The notes under the pieces: generated by a model
Told to the model about the DNA's origin: nothing
What the model saw: the letters and a program-made list of their open reading frames with translations, nothing else
Database searches by the model: none
Position numbers and translations under genes: made by a program
Shown: piece after piece, positions 12,457-26,000 of the stretch
How positions within the stretch are numbered: position 1 is the stretch's first letter
Layout of the letters: every line of letters starts with the position of its first letter
Source of the DNA: Octopus sinensis
Lineage: Eukaryota
Reading direction: 5' to 3'
NCBI RefSeq assembly: GCF_006345805.1
Contig: NC_043019.1
Location: 6,819,360 to 6,883,359 of the forward strand
DNA: 64,000 bases

Positions 12457-14229
12457 GACCTCGCAAGTATAATAATACATAGATGACTATTCTAATTTGG
12501 TGCTGCATCAGTTATGTAAACTTTATTATATTCATAAGCAACTTGTGGGTTTCTGTAATATAAATTTGGCAAAAGTTTGTAAATGTAGCATTTCCCTGGT
12601 GCTTTCAATTTGTTCGTAAGCGGTAGAAATCGAGGTTATTCTTCGCTCGTTTTAATTTGAATAATTGATCTACTCACGCGTTAATGTTTAACATCCTAAC
12701 TCCTGGTGATCCATCAGATATCGATATTCCTCTCGAAAATAATTTACTTTCCTTCCTGTTAAAACTGCCTCGGATTTTGTTTCTCTTTTTACATTGTTCT
12801 TGTTAATATCATTTTTGAAATGAATTCAAAACCGTTCCTTTTGTTCAAGCCACCGTAATCGTTTCTCATGGCGATGGATTCTATGCGATTTTATGAATAT
12901 ATTTTCTTTCGGGCCTTCTTTGATTCCGTTATCTCTCTTAAATGTTATTTTTTTAAATATTTATTTACGTTGTCTTTCTCTTGAATTTTCTCTTTTCATT
13001 TGTTTCTTTCGTTACTGATTGCATTAAGGATTGTAATATATTTTATCTTATTATATTTTATTTTATTCTTCCTCTGTTTGTTTTCCACTATTTATTCTTC
13101 CGTTAACATGTTCCCATACAAGAAATAGTGAAGGATCCCCCCTACACTCACACACACACACGCAAACAGACAAAGTCCTTTGACAATTCTACCGCTGCTA
13201 CATCGATTATTTCATTTCTCCCCATAATATTCAGGTGTCTTTCTATTCCAGTAGGTTTATGATTTATAGTCGTTCTTATCATATCGTTACGTTTCACAAT
13301 TGGGAAGGTCTTTCATCGCTCCATAACTATACGAAGCTATCAATATTTTTATCATTCCCACCTTTAAATTATTGTCATGTTTTGATTTTGCTGCTTTTGA
13401 TCTTTCTATTCAAACATATCTGTAATATTTATTTTTGATTAGATTTTCATGTTCTTTTTTCCCCCCTTTTTCCTGTGCTGTAGAGGAAGCGAAAACATCC
13501 ATGTTTTTCTCCCTTACTCTTTGACTGGTGAGAACGATGCGGTGAACGTTCCACTTGGACAGTTGCAAAGTCACGGTTGCAGGGAAAATAACATGTATAC
13601 GAAGGAAATTTTAGATAAATTCTTTCTGGGCAAAATGAACTGAATTTACTGGTTAGTGACAAATATGACTGGGTTTGTGTTTACAGAGAAGGAATATGAG
13701 TCGAGGAGACATAACACTTTTGGCACCGTCCAATTGGCGTCACTTATTGGAAAATAGTTTATTTAACATCAGGTGTTATAATGTCTCTGTCGCTCTTTTC
13801 CTCTATGTATCTCACTCTCTATCTACATGCATTCCTTTCTGTGCGCACGCGTATGGATTAATCCTTGACTCCATTTCCAGATAGAAAATTCGTTATGACA
13901 AGTTCTGTCAGTCGTGCCATTTTGTCAGTTTCCAAAATGCTGTTTATAATCATCTCATTGTAGCGAGCGTGATTTCAGAAGCAAGTGTAGCATCGAGAGA
14001 AAACGCGGAGACTGTTTGTAATATGTCCGTTTGCCAGACGTAAGAGAGTCTTTGTATTCCTTTGAACAAACCAACGCTGCGACTCTTTTCTTTACAAATA
14101 TTACTTGGCAATATGCAGCACATGTTGCATTAGGATGTGTTTTGTTATTTCTGCAAGAAGATCGAGAAAGAGAAGGAAAAAAAAAGCAGAATGAATTCGG
14201 AAATAAAAAGCAAATAGTCAATAAAATTG

Positions 14230-14660
14230 AAAAGGCGAGGAACATACTCAGACGAGTTTCGATTTCCAGGAAGACGCTCAGATCATATCGATTTTATTAC
14301 GTGCGAAGTACAATAACGGATGGTGTGAGATGAAGGAATAAAATCAAAAAAAAAGTCTGATTCCTGCAGCTACAGCAGGTTTAGCACCATTAGATCATGA
14401 TTGGAATACTAAAAAATAAATGATTGCACAAAAACAAGAAAAATACATTTCTTTTAAGAGCGATATTAATTTCAACTTCATTCTTCGGGTGCGAATATTG
14501 GACGTTCAATGCTGAACGTGAGAAAAATAAAAATAAAAAAGGATTTTAAACAAAATATTATAGAAAATTGTTTCACGTTTCATATTCAGAATATTGAAAT
14601 ATCGAAAGTGTGAAAAAAGGAATTGTTAAGAAGTCTGCAAAATACCAATTTCTTCTGCTT
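14230..14660 (+). pseudogene. Heavily decayed RTE-clade LINE ORF2 fragment
   Basis: Reads ..ISRKTLRSYRFYYVRSTITDGVR*RNKI.. (compare G.TL.QV..F.YLGS.IT.DG); homologous to 19.2k and 27.8k. Confidence 0.5.
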
Positions 14661-16139
14661 CTAGTTAAAACGCGGAATACGAAGTGGATTTGTCACCTGA
14701 CTCACCAGGATACACCGGATCTAGCAAACATTACCATGAACGGGCATCGACGCATCCACCACTTTTAGTGAACTTTACTTACGGTTATTATGAATTTTCT
14801 GTTTAAGAATGAGAAAGCCTGAGTGAGAGGTAAGATGGTGGAAATCCTATCGTCGGTTGATGAGCAGAGGGTGGCCATGATGGTAGTATTTATTCGGTTT
14901 GTTTGGCGAGTGTTAAATCTATCATTGAAATTTACTTCTCGTCTTGTCCAGTATAGATTTTATGTTTGTATTTCAGTTGCAGTTATCTTTATTTACATAA
15001 TTACTGCTGAGGAAAATACATGAGGGTCGTGTCCTTCATACCAAATATAAATACAACGGTCTTTAAAAATGCTTAAACATTTCCAGCAACTCTGATTATA
15101 CAAGTAATTTCTAGAAATAATTTCCCCCGAGGGCTGCTTAAAATCAAGGAAAAATTCAAGGAAGGTAATTCCTGTATGGATAAATTAGAAAGAAATCTTA
15201 GCAATGCAGTCTCTACTACATGTTAATTTTTTCCTTTTATTTAAGATCTTCGATGTCACAGCTAGTTTTTCAAAAAAATTAAGTGTACGATTCTTCTATT
15301 CCTCTGTAAGGACTAATTCTGAACAGCACCGGGTTTAATTTTTCTTTTCATTCTTCCAGGATCGAAGAGTAAAGACATATATCAAATAAACGAATTGATA
15401 TGTTCGAATGCCTGCTTCCCAAAATTTCTGGCGCCGTGGCTGTGCCTGAAACTTTTTTCAAATACACCTGATATACATGTTTGATTCTATCTTACTGATG
15501 TATAATTTATCCATAATTCAGGAATGGTCTTATCTATTTATATCATGGTTGACGGATCTTTTCCTCACACATTCTTTAGTTATGGCTTTTCCAATCAGGA
15601 TAAATTAAACTTGCATCACTACGAATGTTTGAGACATACATTCGCTAACTCAGAAAAAAAAAAAAAAGGTTTCTAAAGGGGAATTTTCTCTTTTATAACT
15701 ACAGAGGTTTTAGCTTCAAGAATATTTATACTTGTTTCTGCAGTTGTTTCTTTTGATCTGAAGAGAGCCTTGATTAAGGTGGCCCATGATAGAAGTCCTT
15801 ACAACATTTTTTTTTTTGTGAAGAAATGCAGATTCAAGCAGAAAAGAAGTATGACGTACTGGTTAGAGCATGCAATGAGTGTCCTTGAGCAAGGTAGTTC
15901 ATTGTCTACTCAATTGTAAGGATTGCTACTATATTACTAATGCCTCTGCCCCTCCTTTTCACCTTCGCAAGCTCGCTGTTCTGATAAGTCAATGGTGAAG
16001 AGGCGATATCTAGAATAATTCGTAACAGCTTGACACATAGAAGCCAGTTAAGATTAGTCGCCAATAGCAAATAGCTGGTCAGGATCTGATTAATCCTGTT
16101 ATCTTATAAAATGTAAGATTTGAATATTGATGCCGCCTG

Positions 16140-16445
16140 GTTTAAGATCGGTATGTCGTGAGTTCGATTCCAGGCAGTTTGTTTGCGTCGTTGTACAAGA
16201 AACTTTATCTCACGTTGGCCCAGCCCACTCAGCTGCTAACAATTAGTTGTACTTGTATTTCAAAGGGTCGGCCTTTTCACATATTCGGTGTCACACTGAA
16301 TCTCCTGGAGAAGTACATTAGTAGCACGTGTGTCTGTGAAATACTCAGCCACTTACACGTTAATTTCACGAACAGGCTATTCCGTGGAGTGGATCAACTG
16401 GAACATTCATCGTCATCGCTGACGGAAACCGAGTTTATAACGTTG
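16140..16445 (+). mobile_element. SINE family C
   Basis: gtgagttcgattccaggc B box; caaagggtcggcctt..tcacactgaatctcc..tactcagccacttacacgttaatttcacg body. Confidence 0.8.
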
Positions 16446-16574
16446 GAATCGAAAAAAGCTCAGCAAGTATTTCTGTTGGACGGAGATAATGTAGCATAAA
16501 AAAAGCCTTAATTAAGCCATATGTTATGCTGTTAGAATATGCTTCTTTTGTGTTTAATATTTCTACAGAATAAT

Positions 16575-16952
16575 GCGGTGGCAAAAACGTTAGCACGCCG
16601 GGCGAAATGCTTAGCGGTATTTCGTCTGCCGCTACGTTGTGAGTTCAAATTCCGCCGAGGTCGACTTTGCCTCTCATCTTTCGGGGTCGATAACTTAAGT
16701 AACAGTTGCGTCCTGGGATCGATATAATCAACTTAATCCGTTTGTCTGTCCTTGTTTGTCCTCTCTGCGTTTAGCCCCCTGTGGATAGTAAAGAAATAGG
16801 TATTTCGTCTGCCGTTACGTTCTGAGTTCAAATTCCGCACAGGTCGACTTTACCTTTCGCGGTCGATCAAATAAGTACCAATCAATATCAGGGTAGGTGT
16901 AGTCGACTATCCCCCTACACCAAATTTCAGGCCTTGTACCTAGAGTAGAAAT
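16575..16952 (+). mobile_element. Nested SINE-A: tail-1 copy fused to a headless tail-2 copy
   Basis: Junction aagaaata|ggtatttcgtctgccg at 16798/16799. Confidence 0.85.
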
Positions 16953-18002
16953 ATTTATTAATTACAGCAACTGATCAGCTTTATGATATCATGTAATAAA
17001 AATCTTCTACCCTATGGCAATCCATCAGATATCCTTCGTACCACCAACAAAAGAATTTAACTTCCAGCAATAAAATTGTCTTTGATTCTGCTTTGTTCCC
17101 ACATAGTTCTCGGTAAAATCGTTTTTGCGGCTGAATTCGAACGCTTTAATATTGTTTCGAAAACTGGTACATATTCCTCATAACGAAGGAGTGTTTACAG
17201 TTTTATGAGAATCCATTGTTTTTGAAGTTCTTTGATTTCAGGCATACCGTTATTGTTTATTTATATTGCGTTGCGTATAATTTCTGTTAGCTTTCCCCAC
17301 TTTTGTTTTCGCTTTGGCATTGTCCTTATTGATTCTGTTAAGTATCGCAATACAATTTTTTTTATTGTTTTATTACAATCTTTCTGATTTCGATTTTCTT
17401 TTTTTATTATTATCATTTTGTGTTTTCTCGCCTTTTATTTGTTTTCCTTTAACTCTTTCCTACACAAGTACTCGCGAGATATAACTAACATTCCGACACA
17501 GCCACTGCAGTTGATACATAGATTATTTCAGTTATCCTCGTGTTAACAAAGCTTTTATATTCAATAAATTTGCCATGCATTGTTGTCCATATTTGATTGT
17601 AAGGTCTTGATATCGGGAACATCTTTTATTGGTCCCTAGCGATGCGACCCCTGCATTCCTTTAATCATTGCTTCCTTTATCTTTTTGTCATATTTACATA
17701 TTACAGCGTCCCATCCTTCTATGCAAACTTAGTTTTTTTCTATTTTTATATGTTATATTTTAATCCTTAATTTTGTGTTTTTTATGTGCTTGATTTCTAA
17801 AGACGGGAAATGTGACAATGTTCATGACAAGTTCTGTGACACCGACTATTCTTCATGTTGATGTTCCACGTGGAATAGTTCTAGTTGACAGATGACACAA
17901 CGCACACACAGTCAAGCACAGACACACACACACACACACACACACATACACACACATTTCTTTGACGGCAATCCTTTGTCAATATCATGGTTCTGAATAA
18001 GG

Positions 18003-19080
18003 CTGCGAGCCAACAGAAAAGTAAGCATGCTGGCTGAAATACTTGGCGGTGCTTCGTCTGTCTTTATGTTCTGAGTTCGAATTCCGCCGAGGTCGACTTT
18101 GCCTTTCATCCTTTCGGAATCGGTAAATGAAGTACCAGTTGCCTACTGGGGCCGATTTAATCGACTGTCCCCTCCTCCAAAATTTCGGTCCTTGAGACTA
18201 GTGTAGAAAAGAATATCACGGTTGTGAGTCTGAGGTGGCGAAATGGCAGATTTGATAGCATGACGGACGATTTATTTAGCCCTATTTCGACCGTCTTTAC
18301 ATTCTGAGTTCAAAATTCCACCGAGGTTGGATTTACCATTCGGGGTCGATAAGGTAAATACCAGTTGGCCACTACCCTCTTCCCCCAAAATATCAGCGTT
18401 GTGCCTATAATATGAAGGATTATTATTAAAGCTGTGAAGTGGCAGAATTTTTAGCAAGCCGAACAAAATGCTTAGCGACATTTCATCCGGCTTCCGAGTT
18501 TAAATTCTGCCGTGGTTGACTTTGTCTTTCATTCTTTCGAATTGATAATACATCTATATTGATCATTATCTGATTTAATGCTATGATGCACGTGATCATT
18601 TCTTAAAAACTCCGGGCAACTCCAGTAACACCTTATGTAATGTGTGAATGTAATATATGTATATTCACAGGGTGGCCAGCTGGCAGAATCGTTAGTGCAC
18701 CAGACAGAATACTTAGCAGCCTTTCGTCTGTCTTTTTGTTCTGAGTTCAAATTCTGCTCAGATCGGATTACCTTCTCTCTGTTGAAATTACTGGTTTTAT
18801 GCCAAAATGTGAATACTAGGGTCGATATAATCAACTTATTCCCTGCCCGAAATTGCTGACTTTGTGCAAAAATTTCAACCTATAATGGTGGTTGTGTTTC
18901 TAGGCTGTGTTAGAGTTTCGGAGAAAATTTCTTGGCGCTATTTGTCCTAACAGATATTTTCTGAATTCGAATAGGACAGAGGTCCGTTTTATCTTTCATT
19001 CTTTCAAGGTCGATACATTGAAGTACTTGTCAAGGGAATGGTTCGATGTCATCACGTGGTCCTCTCGTGCCTAAATTTGC
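18003..19080 (+). mobile_element. Cluster of five same-orientation SINE-A copies of unequal divergence
   Basis: Heads at about 18005, 18230, 18435, 18667 and 18895, each with a recognisable B box and core module. Confidence 0.8.
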
Positions 19081-19149
19081 AATCAACGTTCGATCATGTT
19101 GTGCTAGTTATTTCTTTTTTGAAATAAATCGTATAAATATGTGCCGAAA

Positions 19150-19720
19150 AATAAAAAAAGAGGAGACACAAAAATATAGTCATTCGATTTGAAATAGGAG
19201 AGAAGACGCTCAAACAAGTTGAATAGTTTTAATATTTGAGAAGCACAATAACTGTTGTGAGATCAAAGAATAAAATAAAATTCTGGATTGAAAGCGTCAG
19301 AATAGCAATGGAGAAAAAATTATCCATTTATCCAAATTTAAAAATAATTACTGAATGAAAATTTGTATTTTTGATTCCTTTTCGACCCTTTTTTGTTGTT
19401 CTCTTTTTCCAAGAGCAAGAGTATTTTAAGCTAAATTCTATGGGCGCAAATAATTGACTTTGGCTTGTGAACGTGTGTAAAATAATCATGATTTTTTGAA
19501 ACAAAATGTTAAAGAAAGACATTTTACATTTCAAGCGAGAGAACAATAAACGGACGAGTGTGTTATGAATGGAACTGATCGGAACATTTTAGAAACAGAA
19601 ATTTCTTCTGACAATTGTTAAAATGGTTGAAAATGAAGTGGTTTGTTCTCGTAGCACGAAATCATGACACTTAGCGTTCAGAAAGTATTACCATATATGG
19701 ACATCTCTAATCTCCAAGTA
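19150..19720 (+). pseudogene. Decayed RTE-clade LINE ORF2 fragment
   Basis: IVIRFEIGEKTLKQVE*F*YLRSTITVVRS..; later remnants resembling LYG.E.WT and LTIVK..K.KWF. Confidence 0.55.
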
Positions 19721-20030
19721 AATGATGTGGAGAAAGACGGAACGTTTAATGCTTAAGAGACAAGAAGCAAAATGAAGGAAAGAGAGACTAGCGTCGAATG
19801 GGAGCCATTTGATGCTGATGGCATTTTGTCTGTTCTGTCTTTACCATTGTTCCTTTAATGTGTTTTACCATTTATTCCTTTTTGCTTCTCCTAAATCTAT
19901 TACCTTTGAATTACTTTCTCATTTCCTAAATGTGTTCCGTTTGTATTTTGGATCTTACTCTAGACTCATTTCAAATTTTTAGCAGACATGAAATATATTT
20001 TGAATAACCACAGCATATACTCGCGGTCAC

Positions 20031-20077
<47 letters not shown>

Positions 20078-20124
20078 CTTCTTTCCTTCATTCTTTCTTT
20101 ATTTCTCTCACTCTCTCTCTCTAA

Positions 20125-20353
20125 GGCGGTGAGATGGCAGAAACGTTAGCACGCCGGGCGAAATGCCTGGCGGTATTTCGCTGCCGTTACGTTCTGAGTT
20201 CAAATTCCGCCGAGGTTGACTTTGCCTTCCTTCTTTTCTGGGTCGATTAAATAAGCACCAGTAAATCTCTGGGGTCGATATAATCGACTTAATCCCCTGG
20301 TCTGTCCTTGTTTGTCCCCTCTATGTTTAGCCCCCTGTGGGCAATAAAGAAAT
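20125..20353 (+). mobile_element. Full-length SINE-A (tail type 1) inserted in a (CT)n tract
   Basis: Complete head, core and tail; (CT)n on both sides (20033-20122, 20358-20392). Confidence 0.9.
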
Positions 20354-21013
20354 AAATTCTCCCTCCCTCTCTCTCTCACTCTCTCTCTCTCACACATGCT
20401 TTTTCGTTCATTACTATCAAGTTATTATTCGGCATTGCGTATCACCATTGTACAACAGACTTTAGATTGCCCTATCTACGAACCTTCAACTTGAGAGTAT
20501 CTCTTTTCGGAAAAATAAACACTTCCCTGATTTGCTTCTGGATGATAGAATCAATAAATTAATCTTTATCCCTCGTTCGATCTCTGCAGCACCTTTCTCC
20601 CTCTTTCTCTCTCAATCTAAACCTGTACTTCAGTGCCAAAATGTCATCCAGCACCGGACTCAACATGGAGTCAAATAAGCAGCTATTCGGGGCATCAAAG
20701 GAAGAGGGGTAACACGGATATGATAAGTAGTTTACGGCCCAAAGGAATTCATTTTAAATTTGCTGAAATAGTATTCGGGATGCCTTAACTCAGATAAGTT
20801 TACAAGTAAATGTGTTACGTAAGATTAATTGTAAGACTCTGACCAAAAACTTTGCAATTACAAAACGTAGGAAAAAGAGATTCAATAAAATGGACGTATG
20901 CGAAAAATAAACACTATTTTCCATCATGCCCTTAGATCTGTTTTGTTTAGAAAAATACATATTTTTATGGTATACTATTATTTATATTTTGAATTATATA
21001 TATATATAATATA

Positions 21014-21396
21014 GGCGCAGGAGTGGCTGTGTGGTAAGTAGCTTGCTAATCAACCACATGGTTCCGGGTTCAGTCCTTCTGCTATAGCCTCGGGCCGACC
21101 AGTGCCTTGTGAGTGGATTTGGTAGACGGAAACTGAAAGAAGCCTGTCGTATATATGTATATATATATATATATGTGTGTATGTGTTTGTGTGTCTGTGT
21201 TTGTCCCCCTAGCATTGCTTGACAACCGATGCTGGTGTGTTTACGTTCCCGTAACTTAGCGGTTCGGCAAAAAAAGACCGATAGAATAAGTACTGGGCTT
21301 ACAAAGAATAAGTCCCGGGGTCGATTTGCTCGACTAAAGGCGGTGCTCCAGCATGGCCGCAGTTAAGTGACTGAAACAAGTAAAAGAGTAAAAGAG
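21014..21396 (+). mobile_element. SINE family B with a small internal deletion
   Basis: ggcgcaggagtggctgtgtggtaag head; lacks the cactgcgtggca.cttgggcaagtg segment present at 55545-55570; gtaaaagagtaaaagag tail. Confidence 0.9.
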
Positions 21397-22327
21397 ATAG
21401 TATACATTGAGGCACCAAAATAGTTTTAGTGTTTAGGGGTTCTATGGATCTATGGGTCTTAAATCGATCCTACAGCCATCAATGATGTTGTAGATGATCC
21501 TATTTCTATTATAATATGAATTTAAGCAATGTTCTACCACCGTTTAAAACTTCACAAAGAATCTGTGGAGATAACACCTATGATCTAAAGTCCTTCATTT
21601 CTGTGTCTTTGATATGCATCATATGATTTTAAAGTTTCCCTCTGCTAAGCACTATATATTTCTCTCTTTCTCTCCATTTCTCACTTCCACTAATCCCGCG
21701 AGCGACAGCGTAATGCATTGGCTGGCTCTCCGCCACTTCCTCCTCTCTAACAAACCGAAGCGTCAAGTTTGACCGAACGTGTAGAAGAACATCATGGATT
21801 TAGGTAAATAAAAGAAAATTCTTTTCACCATTATCAGACCACCACCACCACCACCATCATCATCATCGACATCATCATGAAGGCAAGTTCGACCTCGGCA
21901 GAATTTGAACACAGAGTGTAGAGACTGACGAAATGCCGCTAAGCATGCTAACGACTCCACCTTAATAACAACAACAACAACAATAATAATAATAATAGTA
22001 ATAATAATAATAATGATGATGATGATGAATAAATAGATCTATACGTAAAGTATCATGTGAAAATGTGTATCCTGGGATTACATTTACCCCAGTTTGGGAA
22101 CATTTGGTTCAAACAGAATCCTTATTCACTGGTTATTACTTCAAGCCACAAAATTTCTCTGTCTTCCAATACATACATACATACATACGTACATACATAC
22201 ATACATACAATATGTATACAGACACACACACAAACTCGCGTATATATATATATTCAAAATGACTTTAGAGCTAAGAATGCTTTGTTTGAGTATTTCACTG
22301 CCAAGCCCCCTTTTGCTGCATGCAATA

Positions 22328-22371
<44 letters not shown>

Positions 22372-22639
22372 GTTAATACTTCGCCTAAAGCTATGCTGAT
22401 ATCATTAATGGAGTTGTGAATTACCTGATTTCTCTAGCTGCCCAAAGCCAAATTCACTCTCACTCTCTATCTCTCCCTCTCTCTCTTTTTGTGTCACTGC
22501 TCACTCTTTCTCTCTGTCCCCCTTCTCTCTCTCTCTCTCACTGTCTGCTTCTCTCTCTTTATTTGTCAGCTCCACTCTGTCTCTCTGTCAGCTTCTCTCC
22601 GTGTCTGTTTCTCTATCCCCTTCTCTGTCTTTGCATTTA

Positions 22640-22945
<306 letters not shown>

Positions 22946-24994
22946 TTGATATATAGTATGTATATATAATATGTATGTTGCTGCCTGTACCCTAGCGTTG
23001 CGAAGCTGTAATATAGACACTATTTGTTTTTTTCAATATCTACCAGGAATTTTATTATGCATATGAAAAAATGGCTTGAGGGCAAAAATCAACGAATTGT
23101 TATGCGTATCATTTCGTCAAGTTTTTGTGTTTTTTACTTTTATTTTCGAGGAACCGTGACGCCCCTGATATGCATGACTAACAACTAGTTTTACTTTATT
23201 CTTTTTGTTTCTATATTGACATGTTTTTTTACTGATTATTTTCCGTCGGTCAGCTCTGAATGTTTTTTCCTCTTCCTCTTCTATATTTGTCTCAGTGATT
23301 GGACTGCGGCCATGTTGGGGAACATTCAAGAATTAGTTTAGTTGAATGAATCGCCCCCAGTATTTCTCTCTTTTTTATTCTGTTATTTATTCTATCGCTC
23401 GCTTTTTATGCCGAAACACTAAGTTAAGGGGATAGAAACAAATTGACCCCTGTTGTCACGCTATAGAGCGAGTACAAACACACCACAAAGATATATATAT
23501 ACAGGTATACACACACACACGCACACACACACACACACACAGACAAACATATCTATACACTCACACACACGAATACACATGCAGGTACTTTATTAAAACC
23601 AACAAAAGTATAACATACTTTTATTCAGAGTTTCGCGTTCTCGTTCGTCTAAACAAAACTGTCCGACGAACTGGAATGTGAAGAACTGTATATGTTTTGG
23701 CTTCCAATAGAATTTTTTGATAAATTTTCTTTCTTCGAAGTTTGATCGTATTTCTGCCATTATCAGGGTCAAATTCGTCTGAAAAGAAATGAAAAAAATT
23801 CGTGAGATATGGGAGAGTCAAAATGTGAAGACGTTTTTGACGACACACTCTACGCACACACACAGAAGACACTTGCTCATGGATCCCTGAAGTACGACTG
23901 AAACCGAGGACCATGTGTTTGAAAAGCAAGCTTCTTACCACACGATCACGACTTCGCTTTTGTCTATAATGTTTCTTGTAATATTTTCCATATTTTAAAG
24001 CGTTGAACTCTGCCTATTTCAGCTGTTTCTGAGTAGTTCTAAAGAAATCTCCCGTTGAAATCAATTGTCACTGATTTATTTTATTATATTTTAATTAAAA
24101 TAATAATAAAAGAATTAATAAAAAATTCCGCTTTTCAAATATGCCAAAATTTCCATTTGCAAGCCATTTTCATGTCAATTTCTGGGCTGAATCTGGAATG
24201 ATTTAGGCAGTAGAAACGGCAGAAAATTGTCTTCGTAGAATAGGACTGGAAGTCAACAGAACTAATATAAAACTGATTATTTCTTTTAGTTTATTTCGAA
24301 ATATATCCGAAGCGATTGTTGGTTGAACACTTTGCTAAATATATTGGCGTACTGTGTATATGAGAAGGAGTTTATTTATAACATTTCCCCCCCTGTTAAA
24401 AGGGAATAGATTTTTCTTTAGAATCTGTCCGTTTCTAACATTCCCTCTGAAATCCTCATCAATATATTCATGATATATCGATGTACCAGTATGATGCTGT
24501 ATATCACTTTTAATGATAACATATTTTTTTCCCCGCTTTGTACCCCTAAAGACTTCAGCTATGATATTGAAATATTGAAACTCTTCATAAGAGATCTTTA
24601 TAACCATAACATTCTATCGTCTCTTATTGTTGTTAAGTTCTCGTACGATACTGACGGCATATGGTTCTGGGAATTTAGTATTTATTCAGCTATTCTGAGA
24701 GGAAAAATAATATTTTCCAATAAACATAGCGATACAGTTTCTGTATATCACTGGACCATTAAATTTATCCTTACGATTTTGTTCAGGATAGCGATAATAT
24801 AATTTATCCAAAAGAATGAAGATTAATAATTTCCCTGGTGATTCCAACATTTCGTATTCTGTAGAAATAGCAGTTTCACTAAGTTTCGTTATTAATCAAA
24901 ATAACTGCTTTACTAATATTATATCTTGGGAATTTCTTTAAGTCAATAATAATAATAATAATAATGTTAATGATAATAATAATCATTTCTACTA

Positions 24995-25170
24995 TAGGCA
25001 CAAGAGTTGAGAATTGGGGGAGGGGGATAGTCGATTACATCGACCTCCCAACACTCAACTGGTATTTAATTTATCGATCACGAAGGGATGTAAGTCAAAA
25101 TCGACCTCGGCGCAATTTGAACTCCAACTATAGCAGGGGACGAAATACTGCTAAGCATTGCATCGGCCAG
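24995..25170 (-). mobile_element. SINE-A (tail type 2), diverged
   Basis: gtcgattacatcgacc..ggtatttaatttatcga..cgacctcggcgcaatttgaact. Confidence 0.8.
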
Positions 25171-25188
25171 TTCGACACCATAACACTA

Positions 25189-25217
25189 TAATAATAATAA
25201 TATAATAATAATAATAA

Positions 25218-25289
<72 letters not shown>

Positions 25290-25326
25290 TAGTGGTGGTG
25301 GTGGTGGTGGTGGTAGTAGTAGTAGT
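25189..25326. repeat. Compound trinucleotide microsatellite (ATA)n(GTA)n(GCA)n(GTA)n(GTG)n
   Basis: Direct reading. Confidence 0.95.
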
Positions 25327-25540
25327 ATCAGAACGCATCAAGAGGAATATAAAGAAAACTGGAATAGAGTGTCCAGTGCAACTGTTACGAAAGTTTGGCG
25401 TTCTTGCCACGATCAGAATAATCAGGAAGGTATTGGATAGCTGAAAAGAATGGATAGCATGGCACCAGAGGCTGCAGGCAGCAAGACTGCTACGCTTGCA
25501 AGACACCAGTAGTTACAACAAAACCTGAGATAAAATAAAA
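25325..25540 (+). mobile_element. 3' end of an R4/Dong-like non-LTR retrotransposon
   Basis: 25325-25444 reads VSERIKRNIKKTGIECPVQLLRKFGVLATIRIIRKVLDS*, matching the LQK..LLGTARILRKVL C-terminus; short UTR and A-rich end. Confidence 0.65.
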
Positions 25541-25589
25541 AATTAAATAAACTTAACAACAGAACACACGCACTGGCTCAATATCGCTT

Positions 25590-26000
25590 CTTTATTGTTA
25601 TTCAATTGCCTAAATGTTTTGCCATCTACCTAATTGATCGTTTTTCAATGTGCTGATTATACAATCAATCGGTTGTTTGCTTGTCAAACTGCTTTCGTCG
25701 ATATTCGCCACCTCGTCAATATCCTACCTTTTTCTCTCTTCAAAATCTATACAGAATCTGTCCCAAGTAGTATCAAGTGTGCGTGTGTGTGTGAGTATTA
25801 GGATGTGCGATTATATTTAACATTCCAGTCAACAGGATCCGGTGGATAACCCTATTTCTCACCAAAATTATCAACCATTCTCGTTGTTCTAACTGCATAT
25901 CTTTTTCCCTCATTGTTTTAACATATTTCTTCGTAAAGTCGATGTTGTTATAATTCGAAATGTTTGGATGGTTCATGGAATGTTAATCGCTTTCTAGAAA
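25590..26000 (-). pseudogene. Probable very old RTE RT remnant
   Basis: Weak echoes: NIDFTK (FIDF.KAFD), VRNRVIHRILL (VRQGC.LSP.LF), DIDEVANIDESSLTS (DDIDGLAG.E.EL). Confidence 0.35.

Noticed and set aside
13484-13527. 44-bp candidate + exon with a strong acceptor and gtgaga donor
   Set aside because: Too short to distinguish from chance; no recognisable peptide or partner exon
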